In this document: positions 13,708 to 27,925 of the stretch, piece by piece
Position numbering within the stretch: the first letter of the stretch is position 1
How the letters are laid out: the number at the start of each line of letters is the position of its first letter
Assembly: GCF_009914755.1 (NCBI RefSeq)
Contig: NC_060936.1
Origin: the human T2T-CHM13v2.0 reference genome, Homo sapiens
DNA: 64,000 bases
Reading direction: 5' to 3' (one strand)
Position numbers and translations under genes: made by a program
Notes under the pieces: generated by a model
Database searches by the model: none
The model's input: the letters and a program-made list of their open reading frames with translations, nothing else
What the model was told of the DNA's origin: nothing

Positions 13708-14900
13708 GCATTCACTAATCCTGTCTCCTGTGCTAGTCTACTGTTAAATTTATCCGATGAGTTAATTTCAGATATATTTCAAGTTGCAGTTCTAGAACAT
13801 CTATTTAATTTCTTTTTAGACTCTGTCTACATTTAAATATTCCTTTTTAAAATCTAATTTGTCTACCTGCTTCTCTATTTTTTATCACGTTAATTAATGT
13901 TACATAATAACTTCTACATGTGACTCATCTCTGGCTCTCATTAATTAATCTCTTTTATCACCTTTTCCTGCTAATCACATGTGACTTAGGGGTCAGCCAA
14001 GGACCTGAAGTAAATTTAATTAAAAAAAATTTAATTATTATTGGCACTTAATCGTTATACATGTGATATTTTGATTCCTGTATACAATGTGTAATGATTA
14101 AATAAGGGTACTGTAATCCCAGCACTTTGGGAGGCTGAGGCAGGCAGATCACCTGAAGTCGGGAGTTTGAGACCAGCCTGACCAATGTGGAGAAACCCCG
14201 TCTCTACAAAAAAAAAAAAAACACAAAATTATCCTGGCATGATGGTGCATGCCTGTAGTCCCAGCTACTCGGGAGGCTGAGGCAGGAGAATCGCTTGAAC
14301 CCGGGGGGGGCAGAGGTTGCGGTGAGCCGAGATGGCACCGTTGCACTCTAGCCTGGCAAGGAGAGCAAAACTCCGTCTCAAAAAAAAAAAAAAAAAAAGG
14401 GTAATTAGGGGATCCATCACATCAAGTATTTAGCATTTCTTTGTGTTAGAAACATTCCAATTCCACTCTTTTAGTTATTTTAAGATATGCAATGGATTAT
14501 TGTTACAGTCACCCTATTGTGCTACTGAACACTAGATCTTATCCCTGAAGGGAGTTTTTAACCCAGAGATTTGAATTCCTATTCTGTTGTTCTCATCTCC
14601 AGGACTTTCCCTCAAATCCCACCTGCTTTAGCAGCCCCACACAGTGATATATCTTCTTGACAACAAGGCCATCATTCTTTTCTTGAACTCTTATTTTCCT
14701 GCACTGAGGTTTGGAAGATGCCGTCAGTGAGAGCAAGGAATAATGTAAGGCTCATCTTGTCTTCTCCTTCTTTCAAGGATTATAGATACGCTCTAGGTAC
14801 TGTTCAGGGCCTAGAAAAAGTGATTTCTATGTCTTGTCTATCTCTTAACTATTTATGACAGGAGAATAAGTTCAGCACCAAATAATTCCTCTTGGCTTCA
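13708..14900 (-). mobile_element. Ancient L1M fragments, hosting an L1MA-type 3' end (~14025-14545)
   Basis: tatacaatgtgtaatgattaaataagggta...ccatcacatcaagtattt...cactagatcttat is an L1MA 3'UTR in antisense; L1M 5'-end-like text at ~14730-14900. Confidence 0.65.
14111..14396 (+). mobile_element. AluSp-like element, 5'-truncated
   Basis: Starts at ctgtaatcccagc; cctgaccaatgtggagaaaccc; polyA; TSD aagggta (14104-14110 / 14397-14403). Confidence 0.93.
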
Positions 14901-15269
14901 GATAATATAAATTCTTTCAAATTTTTTAAATCAAATTAATTCTTTTCATGTGAAATCCATTGTCTTTAAGTTACTAGTCAATCAAATTACTACCTTCTCT
15001 TCCAAGAATGTTAAAGTTGGGGGTAGGGAGAATAGTCCAAATTTATTGCCTTTGAATTTTTATCTCCAACCCATCGTCCCATGTCAATATGATTTTTGAT
15101 GTCTTTGCTTTGTGGAATGTTCTGTACAAGTTCAATGACTTTTAGTTTATCTGAGACAATAGATTTATCTTGCTTTTCTACCTGCTTGACCTGTGCAGCA
15201 TTTGTCATTAGTAACAATCATGCTTTTCTTAAAATCCTTCTTATATTACTCTGTTTTTGTATCACTAAC

Positions 15270-15595
15270 TGCAATAAACTGAATGCTTATGTTCCCCCAA
15301 AATTCATATGTCAAAATCCTAACCCCTAAAATGATGGTATTGGGATGTGTGGAGCCTCGTAAATGAGATTAGTGTTCTTATAAATGAGACCCCAGAGAAC
15401 ACTTTCATTCTGTCTGTCATGTGAGTTTATAAGGAGAAGCCTGCTGCCTATGTGGAAGTGGGTCCTCACCAGACACCGAATCCGCCTGAGCCTTAACCTT
15501 GGGCTTTTTGGCCCCAAGAACACTGAGAAATATCTTTGTGTAGTTTATAAGCCACCAAGTTTATTTTTGTTATAGCAGTCCAAACAGATTACGAT
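15270..15595 (+). mobile_element. MLT1A-like MaLR LTR
   Basis: actgaatgcttatgttcccccaaaattcatatgtcaaaatcctaaccc...tttgttatagcag. Confidence 0.8.
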
Positions 15596-16632
15596 GTTGA
15601 CAATACTTCATTGTCATCTTGATTCTATGTTCTCTGTAGGTATCTAGAAAATATCCGCCCTCAACACATATTCTTTCTGTATTTTCTTTTAGTCATTCTA
15701 ATTGACTCCTGTGGCTTCAACCATCACCATTAAGCAACTGATTTTCTTGACTGTAGCCCTAAACTTTCTCTCAGGGCTCATATACCTACTTTTTTTTTGA
15801 AACTGTGGAATTAATGAAATAGCACTGGATTGAGCACTTCTGATTACTTTGTAGAAAATTGACAGTAATTTACTCCACATTTGTGGGGATCCCTGTCTTC
15901 TTCCCAAATCCTTACTAGTTCCTAAGCCCCATAAAGGCAAAGACAGAAACTTATTTGTCTGTGTAGATTTTGCAGTGCTTTGGAAACAGTTGATAAACAT
16001 TTTGCAGAGCAAATGTTTACCATCATATATGTTTGAAGGCTCTATTAATATTCCAAGGATAATTGTCCTGCTAGTCACCAACTAGATTTTGAGTGTGCCC
16101 TTTTTTACAGCAGCCATAAAAGGTGAATTTTTTAAACAACAAACAGGGCCTAAATACTCTGCAAAAGAAGGATGGAAGGATGTGACGAGAGGAGTCAGGG
16201 AATGGAAGACTGGATGGATTGATTCTGAGAGGGGTAAAGTCAGAGGGAAATCACAAGGGCATTTTAGGTACAGGAAATCCATTCCATGATTGGAATCTGT
16301 TCACCTTCTTTAGTATAGAACCCTTTTCCAACACTCTCAATTCTCCAGTGAAAATGACTACATTCATGAATAATTTTGGCAAGTGTTTTTTTCTTTTTCT
16401 TTTTCCTTCGATCCTTAGAATTAGAAGAAGATTGCGTTCCACAGCTAGACCAATTGATTGAGGACCAGAGAGATCAGATATTTGGAGACAGATGTGACAA
16501 CAAGAAAATTTATAGAAATTTTGGAAACATCTGTAGACTTCCATAGGCTATGAAGTTTCTATCTGGGTCTTGATGTCTCAGTCGATTTCTAAATAATAGT
16601 AACATTTACAATGCACCATTTAAAAAATATCA

Positions 16633-17026
<394 letters not shown>

Positions 17027-17254
17027 TCATTTTTTGTTGTTTCTTCCTTTCCTATCCCTAAAATACAGACCAGTGAATTACAGGATGAATTATATAGTTG
17101 ATCAATTTAAATGAATGAAATGAGTAAGTTAATGAATTTAAGCTAATTCCTCACTGTTTACAGCCAATAAACAACCAGATTACCTTGATTTCCAAGATGG
17201 GGAGTCTTCCAAATGTGTTAGCAATTATATAGATTCAAGGAAACTACAAGGTTA

Positions 17255-17436
17255 GTAGTTCTTATACATTAATATGCTTCAAAACAAGCTGGAAGATTTG
17301 CTCAAACAATTTTGGGAGCTTCGCACAGAGTTTTTGATTCTGTAGATCTGAGGTGGGTCTCAAGATTTTGTATTTCTAACAAGTTCCCAGGTGAAGCTGA
17401 TGCTACTGATTTGGAGACCATACTTTGCAAACCACT
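17255..17436. mobile_element. MER5A
   Basis: tttgattctgtagatctgaggtggg...tttctaacaagttcccaggtga...actttgcaaaccact. Confidence 0.8.
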
Positions 17437-17529
17437 CATGAAGGTGACATTATTCAAACACACAGAATTCTCTCCATGGAAAACATTGTAGGAAGACTGT
17501 TCTTGAAATGCTTAAAAATCTCCTTCACT

Positions 17530-17700
17530 GCCCTGTGGCATAACAAGGTGGAAGGTACCTGTGTTGTACAGCCTCAGCTCTGACACCCACTCAGGATGAC
17601 CTTAGGAAAGCCACATCATGCCTTCGTACTTCAGCTTCTTATAAAGAGGTTAACAGAAACTTTTATATTCTGCAAGCTCTTTCTAGAATGTAAACTCTGA
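17530..17700 (+). mobile_element. MIR fragment
   Basis: cagctctgacacc...tgaccttaggaaagccac...cttcagcttctt. Confidence 0.5.
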
Positions 17701-18842
17701 CTACAGAATTGAAAGTACATTAGCCTTTTATGAAGAATATTAACTCAGCTCTAGTGGTTCTCCAGAAGCTTTGGTTATGAGATTCTGTCATTAGCCAGAC
17801 CCTGGAAAAGTAACATATTAATATTGGTTATAACTAAAACCAGAAATTGACCTTGTTCATTCTTTTATGCTTTCTCTAATACAAAGATATTGAATGTACC
17901 CGATTTGGACTGGGGTCTAGTTTTTCTCCTTCTATATCATGTAAAGTCTGCAGAGATAGGAGAATGGAGAAGTTGCCTTCTTTGACTATGTCCCAGGGGT
18001 ACTTTAGCTCTTGAGTAGGTGCACAGTAATTTCAATAGAACAACCACTCCAAATGAACAAAGTCTTAAAGGAAAAGCATTTCAAACTCAGTATCTTTTTC
18101 TGTTACAAACAATATCCATATTTTAAAATCAGCCACATAGGATAAATATACTTTTATTCTCTCCCTTTTCCAAAAAAGATTTGATTCTTCATAACCATTC
18201 ATAACCAGAATGCCTTTTTGGAGTTGCGTATGCATAGGGGTTGGTCTTGTATGTACAGGGATTTAGAATAGTCACATAATTTGAAGAAATAGGCAAAACC
18301 TAACATTAGTTTTGAACTTCTATATATGGTGATAGGTACCCAATGTAGTTAATAGTGAAGCATTGCCAGTTCATTTACGTGTCATTGGTAATTGTCATCG
18401 TTCATTTACTTGCCAGTTCATTACTTGTTCATGCTTATTCATTTTTTAATGGTTGACATAGGTTGACACCATCTAAACAAAGCAATGATTATATTTCTCA
18501 TCCTTTCGTTTAATCTTTTGTTTGATAGAACATTGAAACAAGTTGCGTTCCAAGTGGTACCCTTTATCTGTGAGCTACCACATGCTCTGTAGAAGAGACT
18601 CGTGCGGCATCAGGGAGTCACATTCCACTGTCAAACATCTCTAATTTTTAGTTGTCTGCTCTGTATCCCTGTCAGCACCATGTATTAGACTGATGTTTCG
18701 ATTCTAGCAGAAAGAAGAAAAATGATACAGGCAACACTAGGATGTAAAATTTTATGAAAATCATGGTACTTTTAGAGCAATAACATACTTTTAGACAACA
18801 ATCACCTTTTCTTAATATTATGTCGAAAGTGGTTTATGTATT

Positions 18843-18980
18843 ACAGGGGTGACAATCAACCATAGATGCCGTTTGTCCAGGGACAGTCCTGGTTTATGCC
18901 TATTTACTCAGGAAACTTACTAATAATGCTCTCTTTTGTTACCACATGCTTTAGTGTGGATGATAAACATGGTCACATTA
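18843..18980. mobile_element. MER94-like hAT-Blackjack MITE
   Basis: Termini ggggtgac...ggtcacatta; internal gggacagtcctggttta. Confidence 0.7.
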
Positions 18981-19753
18981 TTTATTAGCAAGTGTAAGCC
19001 ACACTCAAAAAACTACTGTTTTGTATGTTTATTAAAGAGGTAAGCTGTAAACATTTTCCGATTACTAGTACATATACAGTTTCTAAAACATCGGGGCAAA
19101 AACAGTAATTTACTTCATCATATAATTAAGCTTTGATTCAAAAAGAATCTCTGATAGACACACTGAAAGTACAATGGCTATGAAACGAATAGTAGTAGTT
19201 CTTTTCCCCATTTACCCAGTCCAGAGTAGTAAGTAGCACTTTTCATACATATAATTGTCATAAAAGCTATGAAAATTATCATTTTTACTGAAGCATTCAG
19301 AATATAGTCCCTATAACAAGTGATTCCTACATGTAGAATTTAGGCAAGAAGGGAAACTAGAAACTTTTCATTTCCTCAGCAAAGGAAGCAAGTTGTCCTT
19401 GTTGAGAAATTCAAGAGAGGAAAACTTGAGATTGATGTTCAATGATTTTAGAAAACTATAACTAAATCTCTTTTTGTCTGAACTCTAAGAAAAAGGTAAA
19501 ACACTAGAGGAAATAGCCAGAAAGTTAAGTAGACTAAAGCTCATCCAGATGGGAGAAAAGTCAGAATTCAACCTGGACTCTCAAGTATTAAGCTAGCACA
19601 TTCCCTCAACATCAGATTTTTCTATAACTCAGGTATATAAACATTTTCAGTAGGAATATTTGCATGGAAATTAAGTAAAGTGAGTTTCCAACTGTCTCAA
19701 TTGGTAATATTACTCTATATATTTTTTAGATGAGCATTTTGTGAATATTTCTG

Positions 19754-19820
19754 AATTGTTGGACATTGTTTAAAATTGTTTAAAATTGTTGGACATTGTT
19801 TAAAATATTGTAAAATTATT
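19754..19820. repeat. 10-bp-period tandem repeat (aattgttgga / cattgtttaa / aattgtttaa)
   Basis: Units read directly from the sequence. Confidence 0.8.
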
Positions 19821-20008
19821 AAAAAATGTAAAATTAAAAAATTACATCTGTTAAAATATTGTTCATTTATATAGGAACAACTCTGTATTCTTCACAAACA
19901 TAATTGAACTAAATTAAACCATAAACAAAACCTGGAAAGCAAACCTCACCCAGACCAATTAAATCCATCACTGGAAAGTGGGGATGAGGTCTTATTACTG
20001 GAAGGGCA

Positions 20009-20383
20009 TGTTTATTAGTTTTTTAGAGCTGCCATATCAAAGTACGACAAACTGTTTGGCTCAAGCAATATACTTTTTCTTTTTCTCATAGTTCTGGAGG
20101 CTAGAAATACAAGATCAAGGTGTCAGCAGGTTTGATTTTTTTCAGAGGCCTCTTTCCTTGGCTTGCAGATGGCCGCCTTCTTACTGTGTCTTCAAATGGT
20201 TGGCACTCTGTGTTGTCCGTGTCCTGATCCACTCTTTTCATAAAGATATCAGTCAGATTGGATTAAGATCTATCCATATGACCTTATTTTATCTTAATTA
20301 TTTCTTTAAAGGTCACATTCCTTGGTATTCAACGTTAGGGCTTTAACACATTAATTCTGGGTGGAGATAATCAGCCTATAACA
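20009..20383 (-). mobile_element. MLT1 MaLR LTR
   Basis: tctcatagttctggaggctagaa...tcaaggtgtcagcagg...cagcctataaca. Confidence 0.8.
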
Positions 20384-20888
20384 TCATGTGTGTGTTAGAA
20401 GTCCTACTTCCACCGAGCCAATTCTTTGACACTAACAGGGAGATACTGCTGTAACTGCCCACATTGAGAGGTTTATTTTGGAAAGTTAAAACATTATTTT
20501 CTATTTGAGAATAACAATTCTGTAGTGAATAAAGTTTCTCATCTTTATTCTATAGCCATATGAGAAATGAAGACTTATTATCAAAGCCATAAACAGAAAT
20601 TCTATCAATTCTCCTTACACTGTGGTAAATTTCTTACCTTTTCTTTTTTTTTTCTTCTGTACTTGACCCCCATCCCACTGATCCTCTTGTACTTTAGTGA
20701 TAGCTCTTGCTTATCTTTGAGTTCAATTCCCTGTTCTTACTTTGGAACTATAACAAAAAGGATACTGTATAATTTAATTAATCAAAATATCTCATTTACC
20801 AACCATTATAGAAACAAAAAATTGAAATTTGGACATAGTTCTTCTCTATTGGATACTTAGCGTGATACTGAGCTTAATGCTATATTCT

Positions 20889-21035
20889 TTTAAAAATTTA
20901 TTAAAAATTTCTTTTTGTAGAGATGAGGTTTTACTATGTTGCCCAGGCTGGTCTTGAACTCCTCAGCTCAAGCAGTCGTCCTACCTTGGCTTTCCAAAGT
21001 GCTAGGATTACAGGCATGAACTACTGCACCTGGTC
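20889..21035 (-). mobile_element. Free left Alu monomer (FLAM)
   Basis: Single monomer with tail; TSD aatgctatattct (20876-20888) / agtgctatattct (21036-21048). Confidence 0.88.
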
Positions 21036-21249
21036 AGTGCTATATTCTAAGATTCCTGAAAGCCATTATTTATTGAGCTGGTTCCAAGATAAACTGATGA
21101 TATAATTTGGAAGTACCTGATGTTTTTCCTTGGAATGTTACTGCCTCCAATTTGTTTGTAGAGGCTAGTCGTTTTCAGTGCATGGGGAATTAAAGGGTAG
21201 CCAACACATATTATACTTTCATCTGTTATATTGATTGACTATAAAACAG

Positions 21250-21490
21250 TACTTCAGAATTAGAGTTTTATAGGCAAAGATACCAGGGTTTAACCTTTGG
21301 TCTGCCATTTTTCTAGCTGACTGAACTTGGAAAAGTTTTACCTTATTTAGACCTTTATTTCCTCATCTATTGAATATAGTAATATCAAATGTATAGGCTT
21401 GATTTGGGAATTAAATAAAATAATGCTTAAAATACATATTTCACAATGTCTAGCACACAAGAAGCACAACATTTATTAACTTTAATTATT
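21250..21490 (+). mobile_element. MIR
   Basis: tctgccattttt...aacttggaaaagtt...tttcctcatctat...attaaataaaataatgc. Confidence 0.65.
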
Positions 21491-21769
21491 ATATTTTGTC
21501 TTCAGCTTTCCAAATGGCTGCTATGAAGGAAATGGGAAAGGGGAGCAATTTAGATTTATAAAAATGAGTGTAAATGCGTTTTTCCTTTCCTATGGGAAGA
21601 CCCAGGACACTTATAGGAAGCAAAAATGGTGAGCAAATTTTAAAATGTAAACACTTTCCAGGTAGGAACTTATCTTCCCCATCAAAGTGGGTATCAGCTT
21701 TTCTCCATCAGTTCCTTCCTCTTTACTATCCACTGAAAAAAGTTCTATCCCTTTTATATTTGTCCTTTA

Positions 21770-22090
21770 GGTTAAAATCAAGGTGTTGGTGAGGCTGTGT
21801 TTTTTTTTTTCTCGAGGATCTGGGAGAGAATACGTTTTCTTAAAGCCATTTCTTGGCTTATGATTGCCTTCCTCCTTCTTCAAAATCAGCAAGAGTGGGT
21901 TGAGTCTTCATTTTTGTTACCCTGCTTTTGTTGTTGTCACATCTCTTTCTCTGATTCTAGTCAGGGAAGTTTCTCTGCTTTTAAGGACCCATGTGAGCCA
22001 TCTCAACAATCCAGGATAATTTTTCCATTTCAAGGTCCTCATCTTAATTACATCTATAAAGTCCTCTGCCAAGTAAGGTGACATAGTCAC
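21770..22090 (-). mobile_element. MLT1 LTR fragment
   Basis: aaatcaaggtgttgg...tttaaggacccatgtg...cttaattacatct...taaggtgacata. Confidence 0.7.
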
Positions 22091-22220
22091 CTCAATACAA
22101 AGGACTTAATTCACATAGTGCAGAATCTGGAGATGTGAGTGAATGAATGGGAGAAGAAAATGGGAAAATATTTCCTGGAGGATTTGAGCAGAAATGCGCT
22201 GCAGGAGTTATAGTAGGAGT

Positions 22221-22647
22221 TGTCAAAAGACAAAATTACAATAAACTTAAAAATTGAATTGGCTTTTATTTGTGATTCTGGAATAGAGCAAAACGTCATT
22301 TTATAAAATAGAATGAGTTGGGCATGATAGAATGGCTGGTTTTTGTAAGGTGGGGACATGAAAACAGAAAAATTAAAAAAAAGTGACTGGTTAACATCAA
22401 GTCACTACAGGTTCCCTTTCTTGTAAGTGTTGAAGCAAAGAGGACTTCCTTAAATGATGCTGACTTAGATCGACTGTGCTCTTTCTGATAGAGTTCTGTG
22501 AATCTCCTGTTTCCAGGAGAAACTGGCTTAAAGTACAGTTTGATGGTGTGGCATTTAGCAGGCACTGACCCCATTTTTATTTGTTTTGGGCTGCGGAGGC
22601 CTAGGCAGGACACTAGTCTAAAACAATGGATTCCATAAATTTTATCA
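22221..22647 (-). mobile_element. ERV1 solo LTR, MER31/MER67-like
   Basis: Minus strand starts tgataaaatttatggaatccattgttttagact...tgctaaatgccac and ends ...ttttgaca. Confidence 0.7.
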
Positions 22648-22834
22648 TAGGAAAAAGAAGAAAGGGGATTCTAAAAGTTATTGCTGTGGACTGCGTGTTT
22701 ACTTTGAGATGTTAAAGAAATACCATAAGCAGGTGATTATCTTGAACTTAGGTTTTAGTTATGTTTCAATTTATTTGCTATGTAGTTCTTTAATTGGACC
22801 ATGGGAATCACAGCCTCAATAGGGTTACACAGAG

Positions 22835-23233
22835 TGTTAAAAGAAAAACCTTAGACAAATTAAATATAACAGAGTTTAATTGAGCAGAGGAGGATTGTTG
22901 CATTGGGCAGCCTCTCAGGCCAGAGTAGAGGCAGAGAGACTCCAGCAGAGCCACGTGGTGGAAGAACATTTATGGAGAGAAAAAGGGAAGCAACCTATGG
23001 AAAACAAGTATGTGAGATATGGAAACAGCCAGATTGGTTATAGCTCTGGGTTTGCCTTATTTGAACGCAATTTGAATAGTTGGCTGTCTTTGATTGGCCA
23101 AAACTCAGTGATTGGAACAAGAACAGATTACAGTCTGTTTATATATCCAGTTAGGTTACAGTTACCGTGCACAGAGAAACCACGAGGCCAAGCTTTGAAT
23201 ATATAAGGAGACAGCTTTGAGCTAAATTTAACA
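22835..23233 (-). mobile_element. MER57-family ERV1 solo LTR
   Basis: TGTTAAATTTAGC...GTAACCTAACTGGAT...AATAAGGCAAAC...TTTTAACA; three CCAAT boxes. Confidence 0.85.
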
Positions 23234-24904
23234 AAAAGGTATGCATGTTTTGAAAGGATAGGGCCACAAAATAACAGATATTATGGGAGAGAGAAAGAAA
23301 TAAGTGAGAGAAAAGGAGAAGGAAAAGAGAAAGCAGGAGGGGGAAAAAGGATGGATATGAATAAAAAAAAGGGAGGAAGACGTAAGATAAACTACTTATT
23401 TCAACATTCTGACTAAAGTAGAACCCTGCAATCTGAGTTGTTTGTATCCAGATTCAACTACTCAGAGTCACATTTAAAGTCACATTTTAGGCAAGGCAAG
23501 ACCACAGATCAATTTGCTAACCTTACATTTTAAAAGTCTTAACCACTAGTTTATTTTGGGTGCCATGGAAACAAATAACTGGCTTTACTAACCAGACACT
23601 TTTAAGCTGGTGGTTTTGGCTAGGTGTAGTCACAGCTAGAATCAGGGACCAAAACCGAGCCTCAATCATGACTAAGCAGATGCAGAGATGTTCAATAACA
23701 AGTGACATTTTCATCTTAGACAAAGATTACAGATTACAGGTTCTCAAATTTCAAATTTTGGCTTTGTCATTAGATGATAATTCTACCTCTGGTGTATCGT
23801 TTCGTTTTTGCTCATCCTTTTCTGGAAACAGTAGCAATTTTCATGCAGAGACTGATCTTACGACCAGGTAGCTGATGTTTCACATTTATGAGTTAGATGC
23901 TGGTTTGATTTTTTTGTTTGTTTAGTCTCTAGCCATGTCCTCAGAAGCTCATTATAGAGAAAGTAGAAGTTATAATAACTAAAAATTGGAACTATAACTC
24001 TTACACTTTCAAATTAATACAATAAAGTGCAGATGAGTACCAGGGTTTTAGAAGACTCTACTCAGGGCCGCAGAAACCAAAATCAAAACAAGGCAGGACT
24101 CCTACAATTCAGTGAATGATGATCTGGTGCATAAGACCAGCAAAATCATAAATCATCACCGTGCAAGTCAGAAAGTGATCATTATAAACTAAGTAATCTC
24201 TGAGTACAAAGAAGAAAAAAAAGAAAAGGCCACTGATTAGGTAGTTTATTTTTAATTCTATAGCTTATTTTTTCTTATCCTAAGAGATTATGTATGTGCA
24301 GATTATTGAGCAAACACCAAAATTAGTCCTCCATAATCTGCTAAAAGATAACTACTCTGCCATTTTATTCTCTTTCAATTTTTGTCCTCTTATAGTTTTA
24401 CTTGAGATTTAGCTGTGTAATTTGTATCTCACTTGTCTTTTTAAAAAATGTCATAAACACTTCCCCATGTTTTTAGAAACTTTGTCGATAATATTGCAAA
24501 GTCTCTATAAAATTTATGTATAATTTTTAACATCCCTTATTATCGAATACATAAATGGCTTCCTTTTTGGTTTAGTTGATTTTTGTTATTGTTGTTATGA
24601 GAAGTAACAGTGCAATTAATACCTTTGATGTTAAGAATTTGCTGCATTATTTTGTTTCCTTAAAATAGTTTTCTGGAAATGGACTCTTGAGTAGAAAAAC
24701 TTAAGGCTATAAAGGGACAGATATGAAGTGCATAGTGTTCTTGGCACAGGTAATAGCACAGTCAAAAGCAGGCTATTTCACTGGTTATGAAAATAGTTGT
24801 GAAAAAATAAACTTTGTAGAAACGATTTTCCACATAGGTCCTAGGTTAACATGTGAATATAGAGTCTTCTATTTATGAAAAAGCAAAAACAAAAGGCCTG
24901 GATT

Positions 24905-25140
24905 TTTTTTGTCTTTGTTTTTGTTTAGAAAGGGTCTTACTCTGTGGTCACCCAGGCTGGAGGGCAGTAGCAAGATCACAGATTACTGCAGCCTTGACTT
25001 CCTGCTGAGCTCAAGCCATCTTCCCACCTCAGCCTCCCAGATAGCTGGGACTACTGGTGCACACCACCACACGTGGCTAATTTATTGTGTTTTTTGGTAA
25101 AGATGGGATTTGACCATTTTGCCCCGGCTGGTCCTGACCT
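24905..25140 (-). mobile_element. AluJ, lacking its 5' end
   Basis: gggtcttactctg...cagccttgacttcc...gctcaagccatcttcccacctcagcc. Confidence 0.88.
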
Positions 25141-27789
25141 CTGCATGTTTTAAATTATAAATGACACTGTGAATCCCTGACTATAGCATTGGACAGATAT
25201 AAGATGTCTTAGAATGGGAGAAAGAGAAAATTTACAGCTAGTCTGCTTGTGCAGAGTTGTGAATTATAAGTAAAAAGTGATTTTAAGACAAGAGTGAGTG
25301 GGATGGGAAAGCTGCTGTGCATCATTTCCTCATAGAGAATATTCAGATAGCTAAACACAGTCGGCTTTGATTAAAAAAAACAAAAAACAAAACAACAACA
25401 ACAATGACAAAAAACAAAAAGAAAGACCCAATGATAACAAAGAAAATTCATACAGAGGATCTTAAAAGAAGCTTATTTCTCTAGAGGTGAAATAATGGAA
25501 ATGGAAGAGGAGCTATGAACTGGAGTAACCCAGGAATGAGCCCTTGAGGCGGTTTCTTTAGGTTAGAAAGGAGAGTTCATAAGAACCCTGGGATGAATCT
25601 CTGGAGAGATTTAAAGGCAGCTGAGCTTGGCTATTGAATGACATGAAACCCTAAAAATACAATAGGGATATCTCTTTCCAGGTCAGGAAATACCAGTGTG
25701 CCCCAATCTATTCACAAAGAATGGATAGCTGAAAGTCCTTACTATCAGCTGGTAATAGCAGCAATGAGAGGAAAATACTAGGCTAGGCTGTGTTCTTCAG
25801 CCAGAAATGATCCCCTTTTTACCTTCGGATAATAGCAGCAAAGGGAAACACATCTGCCAGCACACTAGGAGTTACACATGGAGCTCCATTTGGTTTGTTT
25901 CAATGATTTAAACAAAAGAAAACAAATAGTGCTAGATCGGCATTTTCCTGGAACTAGAACTGCTCTTTCTTGCAGGGAAACCACTGCACATTCTAGGTGG
26001 GACTGAACTTTTCCTCCAGCCAGAGGGGTTAGCAGCAAGCATGGTCTTGAGTAACTAGAGTATCCAACCTTCTGGCCACAGTGAATGATTTAAGGATGGG
26101 CTTAATACCCACATCAGGACAGTCAAGGTCTGTGAAGGTTTTTTTTCAGTAGAAAATATCATCAAAAACTCTTATCCCCAGGTTGACCAGTAGCTGTTTT
26201 TTTTGTTTTGTTTTGTTTTGTTTGTTTTCTATTTTGTGGCCTGAGAAAGAAGAGAAAATCCTGATGTGCTTTAAAAATCCCTGCATCTATTCACGCCTGA
26301 AGCCGTTATCTTTGATCTTCCCAGTCATTTAAGCCAGATCGGATAGTTTCTGCCAGCTACGACTGAAAATGTACTGACTAATACATGTTGTGTTTTCTTG
26401 TGTGCCACAGAAAAGAGTTTGTCAAAGAAGAGGCAGTACATATTTAGAAGACTCTGTAGTGAAGGGAGAAAATAAAGTATACTCCCTCTTGACTCATGAA
26501 GGATGCTCAAGTACCTGAAAATTCTCCTGATAGAAGAGCTTTCCCTGAACGAGTTCAGGACGTTATGTAACAACAATAAGACTGGATGATCAAATATATG
26601 TATTTATTAAGTTTGTAAAAATCAAACAAATTTAAAACTGAGTAAAGATATTCTTGTTGATTTTTAAAGCAAGCTTTAGTATAATATTTTACATACAATA
26701 TCCTATATGCAATGGATATACAATTAATGTATGTATACTATTACTTGCTTGCTGAAAATTTTTAGATTTCTGTGTCCCTTGAACTTCCATAAAGTGGTTG
26801 TAATTTTTTTTTTTGCATTATTGCATACTAGTAAGCATTGAATCTAAACCTCTTTCCAAATGTTCATCACTTTCTAGGTTTAATGACTTTGAGTCACTCA
26901 TCCATGCCTAGATCCAAGATCTCTCCAATTATGCAGAACAATCTGGACACTTGAGATGGAAAAAGCTTCAGATAACCTTTGCAATTATTTCCCCATGTCT
27001 TCCCCAATACTGGTTTCAACAATCTTCACTCTTCCCCTGACATCCTCAGACCATAGCTCAAATTACCAAGATTTCTGGGCATGATTGCCCTTCTCATAAG
27101 CTCTAGAGTGCTTCTTTGTTTTCTCTCGCTTCTATTTCTATTCTTGTTCTGACATCACTGAGGTTGTTTGGCAGTTTAGCTATCTACGGGCTGCTCGGAG
27201 GAGCTGATTTCTTGGGGTGCTGCCTTGAAGGCATCAGAAATTAATATATCTACCTCCTTCCCCTCATGCCTTAGATGCGTTTTGCCTGGTTTACATGAGA
27301 CTCTCTATAAAAGGAATCTGGACAAATTGATGTCAAGGTTACTTAAAGGGAATCTCTGTTCTGGAATACAAAACATTAAGTTAATTAGGGAGATTTTGGT
27401 ATTCAGGTGAATGATGGCGGCCTGAGTTCTTTGTACCATTTTAATGAAACAGACATTATTATAAAATTGGTGTCAAGAAGCTTCATTTTAAATTTGGTTT
27501 CACCCCGTCTCCAGGAGCTACACAAATTACCCAGGTGCTTTTGTCAAGGCTCTCAAAACTCTAAGAACCTTGAAGAACCTTAGCTCTGGTGCAGTAATGT
27601 GAAGATCTGGCATAGCCCTCTGTATGGTGGCAGAAAACTGAAACAATATAGAGCTCATTCCCTTCCCCTTGAAATTCACAGATCCTTCAGAAAATAGATA
27701 TTTGATATTTGATATATTTGATATAGTTTCTCGTTCTGCCTGTCTCTTTGGCCCTACTGCAGAAATTGTCACACTTTGATGGAAAATAA

Positions 27790-27925
27790 ATTCTTTGAAG
27801 ATAAAATCATCACCTAGGGAGCTTGTTACGATGCAGATTTCTGAGCTCCCCTGCCATACATTCTACATCAGTGGGTCTGAAGTAGGTCTAGGATTTAAAT
27901 TCTTAACACACTTCCCAGAAAAGTT
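27790..27925. mobile_element. MER5-like fragment
   Basis: tcacctagggagcttgtt...atgcagatttctgag...tcagtgggtctg. Confidence 0.55.
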
